A stretch of DNA of 64,000 nucleotides from Vicugna vicugna (lineage: Eukaryota). Each line of letters begins with the position of its first letter. Position 1 is the stretch's first letter. Shown piece by piece: positions 26,880 to 40,149 of the stretch. The DNA is taken from positions 1 through 64,000 of the forward strand of contig MU058059.1 in assembly GCA_013265495.1 (NCBI GenBank). The letters are read 5' to 3'. Under the pieces are notes generated by a model. It had not been told where the DNA came from. It did not search any database and was given only the letters and a program-made list of their open reading frames with translations. The position numbers were made by a program, and so were the translations under genes.

Positions 26880-27750
26880 TATACATTCACTGATTCCTTC
26901 ATCCACACAGGGATGAATTTAACACCCATCTGATGTAGGTACCAATACCTACATCGCTGTCCCTGAAGAGACAGAGGGATACAGGAACCTAGTTCTCAAT
27001 CTAGTCATAGCCCCGAGTCCAGTAGAGTCATGTGAAGACAAGTGGCTAAGACATGAGGGGAGAAATCCTGTAACAAGGGCCTTTAAGAAGAATCTGATGA
27101 AGGGAATTCATCAGAGAGAGTTTTGGAAGGCATAATTAATAGACTTTAAAAACCTGCTGGAGTAGAGGCTAGGGCAAAAGGAGGTGACCAAGGGGGACCC
27201 AGGGAGCAGACTCAGGCAGTGCTTGGATGGTGATGTCACTGAGGTGGGAAATGGAGAAGAGGAAACAGGGAGGTGTCTGTGAGGGTGAAGAGCCCCACTG
27301 TGACAATTTTCAAGACCAAGGTGCCAGGGAGTCAGAGGTAGCTGGAAACTTCTAGAAGACGTGGAGCTCAGGTGAAAGGCCTGGGCTGAAGAGGTAGATT
27401 TGAGCATTAAAACCTAAGAGGCAGTAGTTGACACTGCAAACATGGCTGAGATTGCCTACAGAGGCAGCACTGACTGAGGAGAGACAAACACCAAGGTAGG
27501 AACAGAGGTGTTTCAGTATCTAAAGAGATGGCGAAAGACGGGGACCCCCTAAAATAGTGAGAGGGGGTGGTCCGATGTTTAGGAAGACAGCAAAAAGAGA
27601 GGGGTGTCCCTTAAACCACAGGAGAGTTTCAGGAAGATAGTGGTCAACAGAGTCAAACATATGGAGAGGTCAACAAAGGTGGAAACTCAGAAATGCCCTT
27701 GGCTGTAGCATTTGGGAGGACATTCGCGTTGTTAATGAAAGTGTTAATGA
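26880..27750. mobile_element. LINE-2 fragments
   Basis: cattcactgattccttcatcc terminus and typical L2 ggctgaagaggtagatttgagc...gtggtcaacagagtcaaac segments. Confidence 0.5.
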
Positions 27751-29449
27751 AGAATAAAAGGAGGTGACCGTGTCACATTTGGTCAAAAGAAATTTAGGTT
27801 TGAAAGAATAAAAAATAACAATAAAAGGAAATATGAGAATGTAGGCACCACACAATAACAATACATAACAATTCAGGTAACCAACAAGAATAGTTTTAAT
27901 GGTCAGAAGCTCTATTTTTGAAACTATTTGAAGCAGTAGATCTGGTACATAAATTATTTCAGAGTCAGAGAAGACTCTTTTAGCTTAAATGTGGGCAAAT
28001 GTTGCTAAGTTTTTCTTGGCTGTCAACAATCAACTAAGTACAGTTGATTTTCAGTTTGGGGAAAATGTCTATTGGTCACCAGGTTTTACATCAGAATCAG
28101 TGGCAAATTAAAAAAAAACTCAGTCTCCAAGAAGATTTTAGAATGAGTTTCCTTCTTTGTTTAGTTGTGAAACAAGCAGACAGCGGAGAACGGAGCCACT
28201 TCTCTGCATGGACAGCTTCAAAGTCTCCCTGGGTGTTGGTTTCTCTAATCTCTTCAGTGAGGAAGTTGTATTAGACTTTGATTTTCAGTATCTTGTTTAT
28301 TCCAGAAAAGCCAGGAACAGACGCTAGATTTAACCAAAGGAAGAGTACTTGCTTATGTTGCTTTTAAAGACGATGTGTCCACGACAGAATTGGGAAAGAA
28401 GGGAAGAACTTGAGGCTTTTTGGCCAGTGGACCCCTTTTTTGGATTTGGGAAGTGGAAGGGTTCCCTCTGAGGGGGTCATTGTGCGGGTGCTTGGTGGGG
28501 CGCCAGCATCTGTCACAAGGATGTCGGTAGATTTATGTGCTTCCCAAGGAGGGCTCTGAGCTGGCTTCAGCCTGAGATGTATCACTGTCACTTTGCAGAC
28601 AGTCGCAGGCAAACATGGAGGCTACTATGGCTTCATTAAAACGAGAGAACCAACCAGGCTCCCACAGATGTGGGTTCTGCCTCTGAGAAATGACAGGTGC
28701 CATGAGTGTAGGTTCACCTCCATAGGATGCCATGGGCATGACTTCTGGGCTGAGGCAATAAAGACCTGTCAACTAGGATGATGTTTCTGGAAAGAGGTGG
28801 GGACTAGGTGGCAGCTCACCAGGATACGAAAAATGATACCCCTTGGAAAAGGAGGTGCGTTGTCATGATGTACTTGACAAACACCATGTCTCCTAGCAAC
28901 TTGCAAGGCATGATGATAATTACTAATCAAAGTCGGTTCAGTTTAGCATAGCAGTACTCCCCAGAACTAGGCAGAGGTGGGGAAGCTGTAAAAAAAAGTG
29001 CTTTTTTTTCCTTGTAATTTCATACACGTTTGTTACTACAATGGGATCAGAAAACTCAAACTGTCTGGTAAGAACAATGCTCTCTGGATTCGTAAAGAGG
29101 GCTGGAATCCAGAGCTATCGAAGTCTGTTCTGGGTTCCACGTGCCACTTACTGAAGGAAGGTGATGTGCGTGTGCCTGTGCACACGTGTGCGTGTGTGTG
29201 TGAGAGAGAGAGAGGGAGAGGGAGGGAGGAATCTTACTCAGACAAAACCGCACAAAATATTTACTTAGGTGTCTTTGGTCATCATTATGTAATGCATATG
29301 GTATTATACATAGACAGCCACGTGTTTTCTGTGAATATATATTTTCCTAAAAAGTGTAACCATCAGCATTTCAAAGCCTGTTGCCCAGGATGAACAACTG
29401 AAACGGAGCACAATTAAAACAGGCAACGATACAATTCTCATTTTTAAAG

Positions 29450-30070
29450 GCAAAGTCACGTGCGGATCCCTGTGTGCTCCCACCTCCGCGTGGCGGACCC
29501 TGCACCGCGGATCCGTGTCCCACCCGCATCCTCTCCCAGGAGCCCCCGCCCCACCCCCGCCGCGCGGCGGCCCTGCCCTGGGAGCGCGCGCGCATGCCCA
29601 GCAGGGCCTCCTTCCGAAGCGCCGCTAGGGGCACTTCGGCCGTCGTGAGGGGACCTCCTGCTTTGGTGTCTGAGCTCTCTGACGGAGCCCCTGACCTCTC
29701 GTGTCCCTCCTCGCCACCCCTCCACCCTGGCCGTGGGACCCCGCGCTCCACTGCAGGCCAGGAGGCGCGGGTCCCCACCCCGGGCGGCTGCTTCGCCGCG
29801 CGCACCACGCAGGCCGGGCCCCTCGGACGCGGGCGTCCGTGCAGACTGAGCCCGAGCGGGCCGCACCTCCCAGGGAAGGTGCCGGGCCCAGCTTATGCAC
29901 CTCCCACGTCCTTTTGGCCCTGCCTGAGCCCTCGGCCTCCGGTAACCCGCTGGGTCTTGGAGCCTCGGGCTTTCTTACCGGGTGACTGGAGGGACCACAT
30001 ACCACAGCTCCGAAGTGTGGCCCAGTTAGCACCCCGGGGGAGCAAGTACTGACCGAGGAGAGACGGGACT
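29450..30070. promoter_or_regulatory. Intronic CpG island
   Basis: About 600 bp GC/CpG-rich, no recognisable repeat; E-box GTCACGTG 29455-29462; GCGCGCGCGCATGC 29584-29597. Confidence 0.8.
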
Positions 30071-31499
30071 GGAAGGACCTTGCAGGTAAGCTTGCTTGCG
30101 CTTTTATTCTTTGATAGAATGTTCTGGAATGCTGTGGTTCCATATGGTCTCCTGGGAGATGCCCCGCGTAACCAGATAACCAGCTGTGTTTCTCTGAAAA
30201 GCTGGGCCAGCCTGGTAGTGTCCTGCCTTGTCTCTGCTCTGCCTTCTGCCCAGCTTCACAGCCCGCTCCCTGTCATGGCTCCTTCTTTGGCGAGGAGCAT
30301 AGAAGGTCTATCTCGGGTGCCATTGCTGGGGAACTGGGTTGAGACAGACAATGTGATCTGGACGCCGGGATGTCCTTGCAGGAGGGTCCACACACAGGTC
30401 AGGCAACCCAGGCTCCACTCCACCCATTCGTAAATTCTCTGATCTGTGGTGGAAGTTCAAACCTGTGTTCCACCTTGGCCAAGGACGTTCTGATAAAAAT
30501 GGGGGGCTTCTTGTATATTTTGATAATTGCTTTGTGTGGCCATGTGTGGCCTGGACCCCAGAGAGGAGGCTTTGGCTTAATAGTTATAATTTTTAGCAGC
30601 CCCAAATAGGACATGTCCTGTCGGGTGGTGAGTTAGTGGCACCCTTGCACAGCTGCTCCGCCATGGGCCGGGTACCACACTTGGGAAGACAGTAACAGGC
30701 AGTGATATGCAGGCTTGAGTTTGCCTGAGGACCGACTCTGTGAAGATGTATTTACAGCATTTATTGTTTCTTAAATATTTATCAGTTCCTATTTTAAAAG
30801 TGGCTGTATTTTTCCTGTATATTATAGGGACAATTTTGTGAAATACAAAGCATAGATGAAACCCTGTTCAAACGTCCCTTGGAGATCACCCCCGCTCTTT
30901 GCCAGCAATGGGGATGTCTCTCCTCAACGTGCTGCATGTGGGTTCGGGGGCTTGTGGATTTCCTCTTAAGAATGTGCAGGGGTGTGCTGTCTGGGGCCAG
31001 TGTTCATAGCTTCCATCAGCTCCTCACAAGGGCATGGGACCTAAATAAATAAAATACTTAAATAATCAGTCCTTGGCCTAATGAAAAAAAATGTTTTAAA
31101 TGTACTCGATAGGGAAGAAATTAACCTAAACGTTCAGATCTCTAGAGAGGAGGGCAGTGGTTAGACCCACCCGTCCTCCTACCCAGGTCACGGCAGAGGT
31201 GCAGGGGCCTTTATCAAGGATGCCTCAGGAAGCTTCTTTTTGGACTTCTGATTGTTTTTTTACACTTAAATATCTAGAAGGTCCTTCCTTCCCATAACTG
31301 CTCCTCTCGCAGTCCTACCCCTCCTCAGCCAAAACCCTTGCCTCACTCTTTCCTTCAGATCGCACATCTCATGCCTTCACACGCCTGTGGGCTCTGCTCT
31401 CAGAAGAGACGGCATCTGCCCCCCATCCCCACCATGAAGCTGCCACCTGTGCGTGCCCCCACTGCCGCTCCCCTAGAAGGCTCCAGAGCTTCCTCCCCG

Positions 31500-32070
31500 C
31501 CTCCATCCTTGTCCCCTTGTGGTTTCTTCTCAAAAGAAGCAGCCAAAGTAATTCTCTTAAAAATGCCACTTCTCTACCTAAAAGCTTTCTAAAAGATTCT
31601 CACTCAGTAAAATCCAGACTCTTCACGTGGCCAACAAGCCCAGTGTCAAACTGGCTCCGGTCCCTCTGGGGCCCTTCCTGCTGCTCTCCCCGTGCCCACT
31701 CTGGCCACACAGGCCCTCCCGCTGGGTCTCCAACATACAGGTGACGCCAGGGATTTTGCACTTACGGCCCCCTACCTGAAGCCCCTCCTTCGGACCGCTG
31801 CAGGGCTCACAGCCTCAACTCCTTTAGGACTTCTCCCAATATCCTCCCCTTGGTGTGGCCTCCCCCTGCTTAATTTTGTCTCCATCTGACCTACTCTCTA
31901 CCTCATTTATCCACTTTGCTTCTTTTTGTCTACTCTGCAAATTGCAAGTGCTCCACGAGGGCAGGGTGAGTGTCCATCCTGTTCCCAGGGGAGCCCCCGG
32001 GGCCTAGAACAGTGCCTGGTATGCGACAGGCATCCCGTGTTTGTTGAGTAGATGGAAGAATGAATGAGCA
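31500..32070. mobile_element. LINE-2 3' fragment
   Basis: ccactctggccacacaggcc...ctccacgagggcaggg...gggcctagaacagtgcctgg...tttgttgagtagatggaagaatgaatga. Confidence 0.7.
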
Positions 32071-32471
32071 AGGCTGTCGCATGTTTCATTTCTAACTGCA
32101 CCCGTCTCCTCCCTCCTCCTTTGAAGGGTCGGATGTGGCTGGCCAGGTCCCAGGCGGCCTGTTAGTACTGGCTGCCCTCCCCCACTCCCATCTGGCTGTA
32201 CCTCCTTCTCTGATCCATGACTACATGGACGGTGACAGCTCAGGACCCAGTGACAGGACAGAAAACTTGTTTGCGGGGATAAACGAGAGACTCAATATAA
32301 TTGACAGCACGCATTACTGTGATACATACTCGAAGTCCATCTCGGTTATAGGCAGCAATTCATTTTTCCTGGCTTCAGAGCTCTCTGTGTAACTTGTTCC
32401 TAATTTCTTGCTGAACCTGCCCAGGGCAGTGGGAAGTGGTGCCCGCGGAGGGCCCGTGAATAACCGACCCA

Positions 32472-32490
32472 GCGCGCCCCCTGCTGGGCA
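32472..32490 (-). promoter_or_regulatory. CTCF core motif
   Basis: Minus strand TGCCCAGCAGGGGGCGCGC. Confidence 0.55.
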
Positions 32491-35400
32491 CTCACATCAT
32501 GCTGAATGCAGAAGGTTCCTCTGTGTGGAGAGGGCTTCTCCCACTTGGGGGTTTCATGTGGGGGCAGGAAAGGCTGACCTAGGACCGCAGGGTAGAATCA
32601 CCCACGCAGGCTCACGCACGGCCCCAAAGGCCTGGCTTGCCTTCTAGAGGGCAGATCGCTGAAGTTGGCGGGGACCCCACCTAATTATCAAAGGAGCTGC
32701 GTGGCCGTGAGCTACCGTCCAAGGTACCCAGCAGCAGAGGGAGCTCTGCCAACCCTCAGCACACAGGATCCGGCTAACGTGCTAACATATGGGGGAGAGA
32801 AAGTGCGTCACCAGGCTCCTCTCCCCCCACAGCTGACTTCTGCAAGCTGCCGTCTCCCCGCCTCCCACTGTGAGGCCTTGTGCGTTCATCGGTGCAGTGG
32901 AATCGGTGTCTTACGGAAGACGAGGATGTCTTAAAGATTGTAGAAAGAGCCAATGAAAACTCATTTATTCTTAAGGGAGAAAGTAACTTTCCTTGTTACT
33001 TATTTGAGTAACACTTGAGTGGCCACTTATTTCCAAATTGGCATGACCCTGTTACTCTGTGGACATAGACCACGGTCTGTAGTAATTGACCACGATCAGG
33101 AAGGTCACAGAGCCACTTACTGGGTGTTGTAAGCAGCAGGGGAACTAGATGTCATGAGATGCCAGGTAGAGGTCCCCAAATCACTTGCAAAAGACAAAGG
33201 GCTTTTCTTATTGGAGGCTAAGCTAGGTACTCATTCAAAAATATTTTCTCCATCATCCGTACCTGTTTTCTTAGGGTTGCAAGGCTCACTAGATGCAAAT
33301 TACCCAAATAAAACACAAATGCTGTCCTGTACGTATTACCCAAACCCACAACACAGTTGATTATCCTCTCATTGTATGATCTTTTCAAGTCTGTGGCAGT
33401 GCTTAAAGGCTGAGAAAGTGGAGGGAGCAGACTACAGGTCTGGTCCATCACACAAAGAGATGGCATCTCATGGTAAGAAGGGTTAACATGATTAAGGAGG
33501 TAAGAATCAACACCTCCCACTGGGTGGTTTTCCCCAGAAAGCTCAGGCTAATATCACTGGGGTTGACTACCGACATCATTACTTTGCATCTGTCCTGAGT
33601 TCTAGTGGAGACAGAAAGAGAGAGAGCAAGAGAGATTAATCTGTGATTAAGAAAGACACAGAACGTTGAATTCTGGACTCAAGGTCATCTTGGGAAATTT
33701 CCCATAGTGAAGACTTGGAGCAAACAACTCTTGTTTTCTCTTCTTAAAAATTATATCCTTTACCCATTCCTCACTGGCATTTAGTTTTTTTTTTTTTTTT
33801 TTTTTGGAGAACATTCTGGCTGAAGAGTAAGAAGTCTGGACCTGAACCCCAGTTCTTCTCATGACCTGCCACTGGTGGAGCAGGTCCCCCTCCAGAGAAG
33901 GGAGCCTGGTTACACATGACATGAGATGTACTGGCGAACTTTTCCAAATGTGAAAACTTCATAAACAGAAAGACAACTCTCATTACCACTGCCTGTGATG
34001 AGTGTTTCTAATAGTCATAACCCTCGGGCGTAAGGATTCAGGTTGTGTGTTCTTCTGAGGAGCCCGGGAAAGAGAGACCTGCACTGAGTGACAGTCCAGC
34101 CCGAAGACCCTGGGATGGAGCCAAAATGCAGAGTGTACCCTGAGCTTGATCCGTGAACGTGCTATGCACTGTCCGTCACAAACACTTGGCCGCTGACCTA
34201 AGGGCTGAAGTCACCCAGAAGATGGAAGTTGGTGGTGTCCAAGCAAGTTCCAGCAGCAGGAAATTTGTTGGTATAAATAATCACCAGGATTCATTTTTAA
34301 TAACTTAGTTATTTTTCCTTCCTGCAGTGTATCACCACCCTTTCTTGAGCCATTGTTCTCAGAGACAGAAAATGATCTGCACTGGCAGGTGCAGATCAAA
34401 GGATGAAAAATACAAAGAATAAGAGAAGAAAGAGAGCTTTCAACCATTAAAGGCTAGTGAGCATGAAAACAGGGTATTCTTCACATTTTTAGCCATGGAT
34501 CAGGTTGGTGACCCTGTACATTATCAGAGGGGCATGTTTCACCCAAATTGGTCCAGTGAGTCAAGGAATTAGGGTATCATGAGGTTAAGCAAAAGGATCT
34601 GGTCCACTGCAACCCCTGCTCCCCAACCACTGATTTCCTGGAAACACAGGCAGAAACTACTGGTTTAGAACAATAAGTGAAATGCTTATGAGATTTACCC
34701 AAACCACAGATGGGTCTCCGCAACCTGCCGGTGACGTCTTCCGACAGAGGAGACGAATCAGGGAGGATGGATGAAGGACAGAGACAGAGCTTATAAGGAT
34801 GCCACAGAGATGCACAGTCAGAGGGCAGAGCTAGAAGACGGACTGGTGGAAGCAGGTGTCTCCCTCAGCCAATGAGCCTTTCAGGTCCGCCAGGGAAGTA
34901 TCCTCCTTCTAGGGACAGGGACCGGGGGGAACCCACAGGGATCAAAGGCCAAAGGCAACTACGAAGCAGGAAAAAAAACACAGCCCAGGGCCAGCCCTGG
35001 GACCCACCTGGGGAGGAGACAAGGATACCGGGTGTGTGAGGAAGGATCCCATGGGGGTCTGTCTGTCCAGTCGGCTCGGCACCTCTGGGTGGGGGTTGAG
35101 TCATCTATTCTCTGTAAATGTATCTGTTTCAATGGTTTTCCTGTTGTCTTCTTCCCTCTAGGTTGATTGTTTACTTTAAAGTAAGATTTATATCTTGCAC
35201 ATTGGAGACACTAAATACAGGCTTTCTGAATAAATCCTTTGAGATTAGGGGCTTCCATACATTAGCTCATTTAATACTTACAGTATTCATTTAACTAAAA
35301 ATAGAACCATTTAAAAAAAAAACAAAACCAAAAACAATCCCGCACTCAGAGAAGTTAAGTAACTGGTCTAAGGTTGCAAAGCAGTGAGCTGGGCATCTGT

Positions 35401-35819
35401 ACTCAGGCCGGCCTTTTCTCCAGGTCTTGTGCCACATCTGCAGCACTGATGGGCCCTTGAGGAATAGGGACCACAATGGTGGGACAGGGACGAGGATGGA
35501 GTGGGTGGCCAAGGCTGCCGTCCCTTCTGCTGGGGTTTCTGCACAGCCTTCCTCTGCTCCTGAAAGTCTTCCACCTCTGACAGTGTCGAGGGCAGCGAGC
35601 AGACTCCAATGACAACTGTTACACTTGCAGGATTTTATCATGCCATTTAGCAAGTAGAGGGTTTTTTTTTAAGGAGCACAGAAAACATTATTAATATATT
35701 TAAATTATCATTTAGCTTTAACACAGTTACTTCCAGGGCACAGGAAGTGATCAGAGAAGTCCTATGGAGGCTCACCATGCTGTTTTCCGCAAGACTCAGC
35801 TCCGCTTCTGAAAGTGTGG

Positions 35820-35840
35820 GCGGTTGCTATGGGCAACCGC
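35820..35840. promoter_or_regulatory. Palindromic RFX X-box
   Basis: GCGGTTGC-TATGG-GCAACCGC; both GTTGC/GCAAC half-sites perfect, 8-bp inverted arms. Confidence 0.55.
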
Positions 35841-36559
35841 TTAACAAAACTCAGAGAAGGTCCAGGGGGTTGAGTAGTATAAGCATTTAATAGATTTACT
35901 TTATTTTGGGAAAACAAAGCAAAGCAACCCAAGTTTTTTTCCCTAAGGGTCACTTCTCCTTCTCGCTAATACTAGGAATTTCCTCCATGTAAGATGATTG
36001 TTGTTTTTAAGACAGCCAGGGCAATAGGACTAGGGGAGGAAGATCTTAAGTTATCTTCTAAACAGCTCAGCCATTCTCCAAGTATTCAAAGGGAAAATAA
36101 GCTGGAGATCTCCAGCTTTTCATCAAAATATCACCGTGACTGTGAGTTAAAAACAGACGAAAAGCCCACTCATTCTGCCAATGGCCCCTGGATTGTTTTT
36201 CTAAGGGTAGGCTGTTTAGAGTCAACCCCTCAGTGGCACGACCTTAGAACTCACTCCTGCAGGCGCAGAATTGAGAAGACAGGCTTTATGGTTGTACCTT
36301 TCGATTCTAGGGGCTGGGAACGTACTGCACTTCACATCGTGCTTTTTGCTTTGTTTTCATTCTCTTCACATAATCAGGTGCTTTGAGATCATAAGCCTTC
36401 ATGTTTATTAAAATTATTTTTAAACTCTGAGCTCATTCCTGCACTCTTGCCCAAGATTTAGAATCCAATAACCAAAGAGGAATAGCACTTTTTCTTATTA
36501 CTAAGCCCTTTTTTATCTTCTGTAGCTTCGCATAAAGAATGTTCCCCATCAAAGAGGGA

Positions 36560-36895
36560 AGTGGTGATCTAAATGACTGTACACTCATACAGTGGGATAC
36601 TGTGCAGCTGTTAAAAAGAATTTTTAAAAAAAGTGAATCTAGATGGACTTAGACAAAATAATGTTTAAGAAATAATTTTCAGTGAAAAGAACAAATTGTA
36701 GAACAGTGTATGTGAAGAAGGAGCAGTGTATATATAATATGTGCACAGACCATTTCTGAAAGGATGCATAGGAAACGGTTAGAATTCATACCTCCAGTGA
36801 CGGGTATAAAGGGATTGGGGGGGGAACTTTTACATATTTTGAAAACACCCTTTGGTGCTGTCGAAATTTTAAATTATTTTTATAATAATAAAAGA
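36560..36895 (+). mobile_element. Ancient L1 (L1ME-type) 3' fragment
   Basis: catacagtgggatactgtgcagctgttaaaaagaat...agtgaaaagaacaaattgtagaacagtgtatg. Confidence 0.55.
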
Positions 36896-38089
36896 GTGTA
36901 TCTTCCCATTATAAACAGAAAGGCGATGTGTGTGGTGTGGCATTTGTTGTGGCAGAGGCTATCACCAAACAAGCAAGGAAAAATAGCTATAAGAAGGGAA
37001 ATGACCCTTCCTGGTTGCCTTTTCATTTTAGGGTCTGTCTTTGTCTGTGTGACCTTTCTGGTATCACCTGATTTATGCAACTTCCTTTAGCTCATTTGTT
37101 TGTTTTCAAACTCTCTGCCTCCAGTTTGTCTCTGGATTCTATCCAGACAGCATAGGATCGCAGTTAATGGTAATGGCTCTGGATTCAAACCCTGACTGTG
37201 ACGTGCCAGCTCTGCACCTGTAACAGGTCAGGTGACCCCCTGTGTCCCAGGTTCCTCGCTGGATACTGCAGGTTGACAATGATCCTCGTCTTGTAGGGGT
37301 CATTAGAATTACTACGTGTGCTGGCGTAGAGGGAGCGCTTCTAGGCTTCGGGCATTATTACTCTCTGAGATGATTTTTTGGGTTAAAATTAAATGTCACG
37401 GAGAGGAATCTGCAAAAGAATATCACTATCGCAGACTGGATGAAAACAAGACTAATCCTCTGGATCTTGGACGATCTTGCTTATAAAAGTCTTCACTATC
37501 TTTCCGAGAATAGTTTTCCGTTTTTAAATACTCCTCATGCACCTGTCAGCTTGGTTTATATTCAGACATAGTTCCCCTCCTCAGTCTGTTACCTCTGAAT
37601 ACTTATTCGAATTCCAGGTGGAATCCTGTCTCTTTTATGAAGCCATCCTTGCTATTTCTACTTTGTAATAACTTTTCTATTTACTGAACAAGTCTAGCAC
37701 TTTCAGTCTGAGGTGACACACACAGTGTACTTTTGAAACTTACAAATAATTGTACAAAATAGTTTTCACTCTGGGTGGCACTTAATTGGATATCTGTAGT
37801 GGAGACGGAGCCTTGTATTTCTCTTGTCTCCCTCAGGTAATGTAGCAGCAGAAAATTTTGGTGTCTCTGGAAAGAGTTCTTGGCTGAGCGTGGGAAGACC
37901 TGGGTCCTAAAACTTGCCCAATAGGTTAAGCAGGGCACTGTTCTCTGGGCCTCCATCTCCTCATTTGTAACACAGTTGGGTTGGAATCATCTCTAAACTT
38001 CCTTCCAGCTTTGCTTCTAAGATTTTTCTTTCATCTTATCTCAGAATCAAGACTACAGGGAAATAATGTGCCCTGGCATACAGGTACAT

Positions 38090-38248
38090 GGAAAAAATCT
38101 CTGATTGGTAGGGTTTGCTCATTTCAGTGGTGTAAATATTCGCATCATGGCCAGTGCCAAGCCACCAGGATGACAAAACCAAGTGTGGCGTGGGGAGGAG
38201 GTGTCAGCCTTTGGCTCTCATTGGCCAGCTGGGCTGAGAACACACTGC
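38090..38248. mobile_element. MER63-like hAT fragment
   Basis: ttggtagggtttgctcatttcagtggtgtaaatatt..catcatggcc; ends ...cacactg. Confidence 0.45.
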
Positions 38249-39769
38249 TGAGGGGTTCAGGCTTGGAGGACATGGCCGGCCCTTCTCATCCTTAGCTTCT
38301 CTTACTCTAAAACTCTGACACAAGACTTCTTCACCGAGTGGAAGAGCACAAGAGAAACCACCAGGCAGCGCCGCCTAGCTTGGCTTTTTAATCGCCGGCT
38401 CTCCACACACGAGCCTGGGACCAGCCCGATCTTCTTGGCACCCACAGCCAAGTGTCTGTCTCCCTAAAGTCTGGCGCAGGGATGATGACACTGAGGTGGG
38501 GACAGTTTCATTTGCAGTTGGTCACCTGGATCTATACCTCAAGCTCTCAGCCTTGCTTTTTCTGAGAAAGAGAAGTAGTCCAAAAAGCTAAAGGAAGTTT
38601 CTGGGCTAGAATTCAGGATGGACGTCCAGATGTTGAGGACAGTCTTGTTTGGGGAAAAGTGACCAGAGTTCCACGAGGCAGAGGGAGGAAGAAACTTGGA
38701 GTGTAAGCAGAGCTGGGCTCCATCTCATGAAGTTTGTAACTGTGCAAAGTCTTGGTTCATCTGTAAAGTAGTGTTTAAAATCAACTCTAAAATCCTTCTG
38801 AAGCCGTTGGGAGGATCAAATGAGATGTACCAAAAATACTCAGTAAATTGCTATCTACAATTATGTATCTTGAAAAATAGGCTTGGAAGCAAATGGAAAT
38901 ACTCCCAGTTATCAGGATGGATGATCAAATGTATTTCCTCCTCATTGGTTTCTCTGGGTTCACAGAGAAGGTTGAAAGAGTGCTAAGGAGTTCTTATGAT
39001 CACTGAAGAGAACCCTTCTCCAATTCCCAAAGGAATAGTTAATGCTGGTTCGTTACAGCCCCGCCCCTCCTCCTCCCAGACCTGGGGAGAACGGGACTCC
39101 CCGGATGAACTGAGGGAAATATGCTAATGCTCGGAGCGGATGGCAATCCGAGACGTGGCTGCATCGATATTTTTAACGTGCTAATATGTACCTGCCAGAC
39201 TGCGCTCTCAGCCTCCAGGTGGGCTGGCAGTGCTAAGCAGGGTTGAGAAGGAACAGGGAGCTTTCAGAGAACCACGGATGCGGAGGCAGACGGAGGGAGA
39301 GGAGTCTGAGCAAGCACAGACAGAGCCGGAGAGCCGCGGCCAGGCGTCAGGTGCCGGCACGACTCAGCGGCCACCGCTTACGGCTGCTCATCAAGGAAGC
39401 ACAAGCGTATAGGAGGTCGTGTGATGAGGAGTTAGCATCGTTCAGCATCCCCTCGGGCTAGTGCCAAGGGCTTACAATCACTCCTTTGGGCAGCGTTTGG
39501 ACCTCCTTTGACACAGAAACAGAGGAAACAGGAAAGTGTGTGAGGAGGCTGTAGCTACCCTAAGAAGTGTCTCCACACAGTGCGTCCGGGTTCTTAGGAG
39601 GGAAGAGCAACAGACAAGAGGGAGAGTTAAATTCGAGAGGAAGACTGAGAAGAACGGAGACTTTCTTCGACTTTTCACCGCTGGGGTGTGAGTTCTGTTA
39701 CCCTGGGAGCCCTGACTGCCGATGCGCGTCAGTGCTTAGCGCTGAGGCGGCCAGCAGTGATGGGGTGGT

Positions 39770-39985
39770 GGTGACAGCCAACGAGTGCAGAGCGCTGACC
39801 GCGTGCCGGGCGCGGGTCTCACACGGGCTGCCTTACTGACCTCACAGGTACTCTTGAGGTGGGACTGTCACCATCCCTGTGTGACTGATGAGGACACTGA
39901 GACATGGAATGGCTAACTGATGTTCCCACAGTCACACATCTGGAAGTGCCAGAGCTGTGGCTTTGAACCAGATGATCTCACCCCA
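39770..39985. mobile_element. MIR SINE
   Basis: gatgaggacactgagacatgga...taactgatgttcccacagtcacacatctggaagtgccagagctgtggctttgaacc. Confidence 0.7.
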
Positions 39986-40149
39986 GTGCCTGTGCTCCTG
40001 AGCAGCATGCCGTCCTAAGTCTTTCTTGAAGAACTAAATGCAGATGGCGTCCCTGGGGTCGAGGGTGGGGAAGGGTGTAAACAAAGGCTTTGCGGCACCA
40101 TGACTGCAGTTCGCCAGCTATACCCCGCTCTCCGTGTCTGGGCGCCCGG

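Noticed and set aside
29371..30143. Overlapping 130-190 aa ORFs
   Set aside because: GC-rich stop-codon depletion; no recognisable protein
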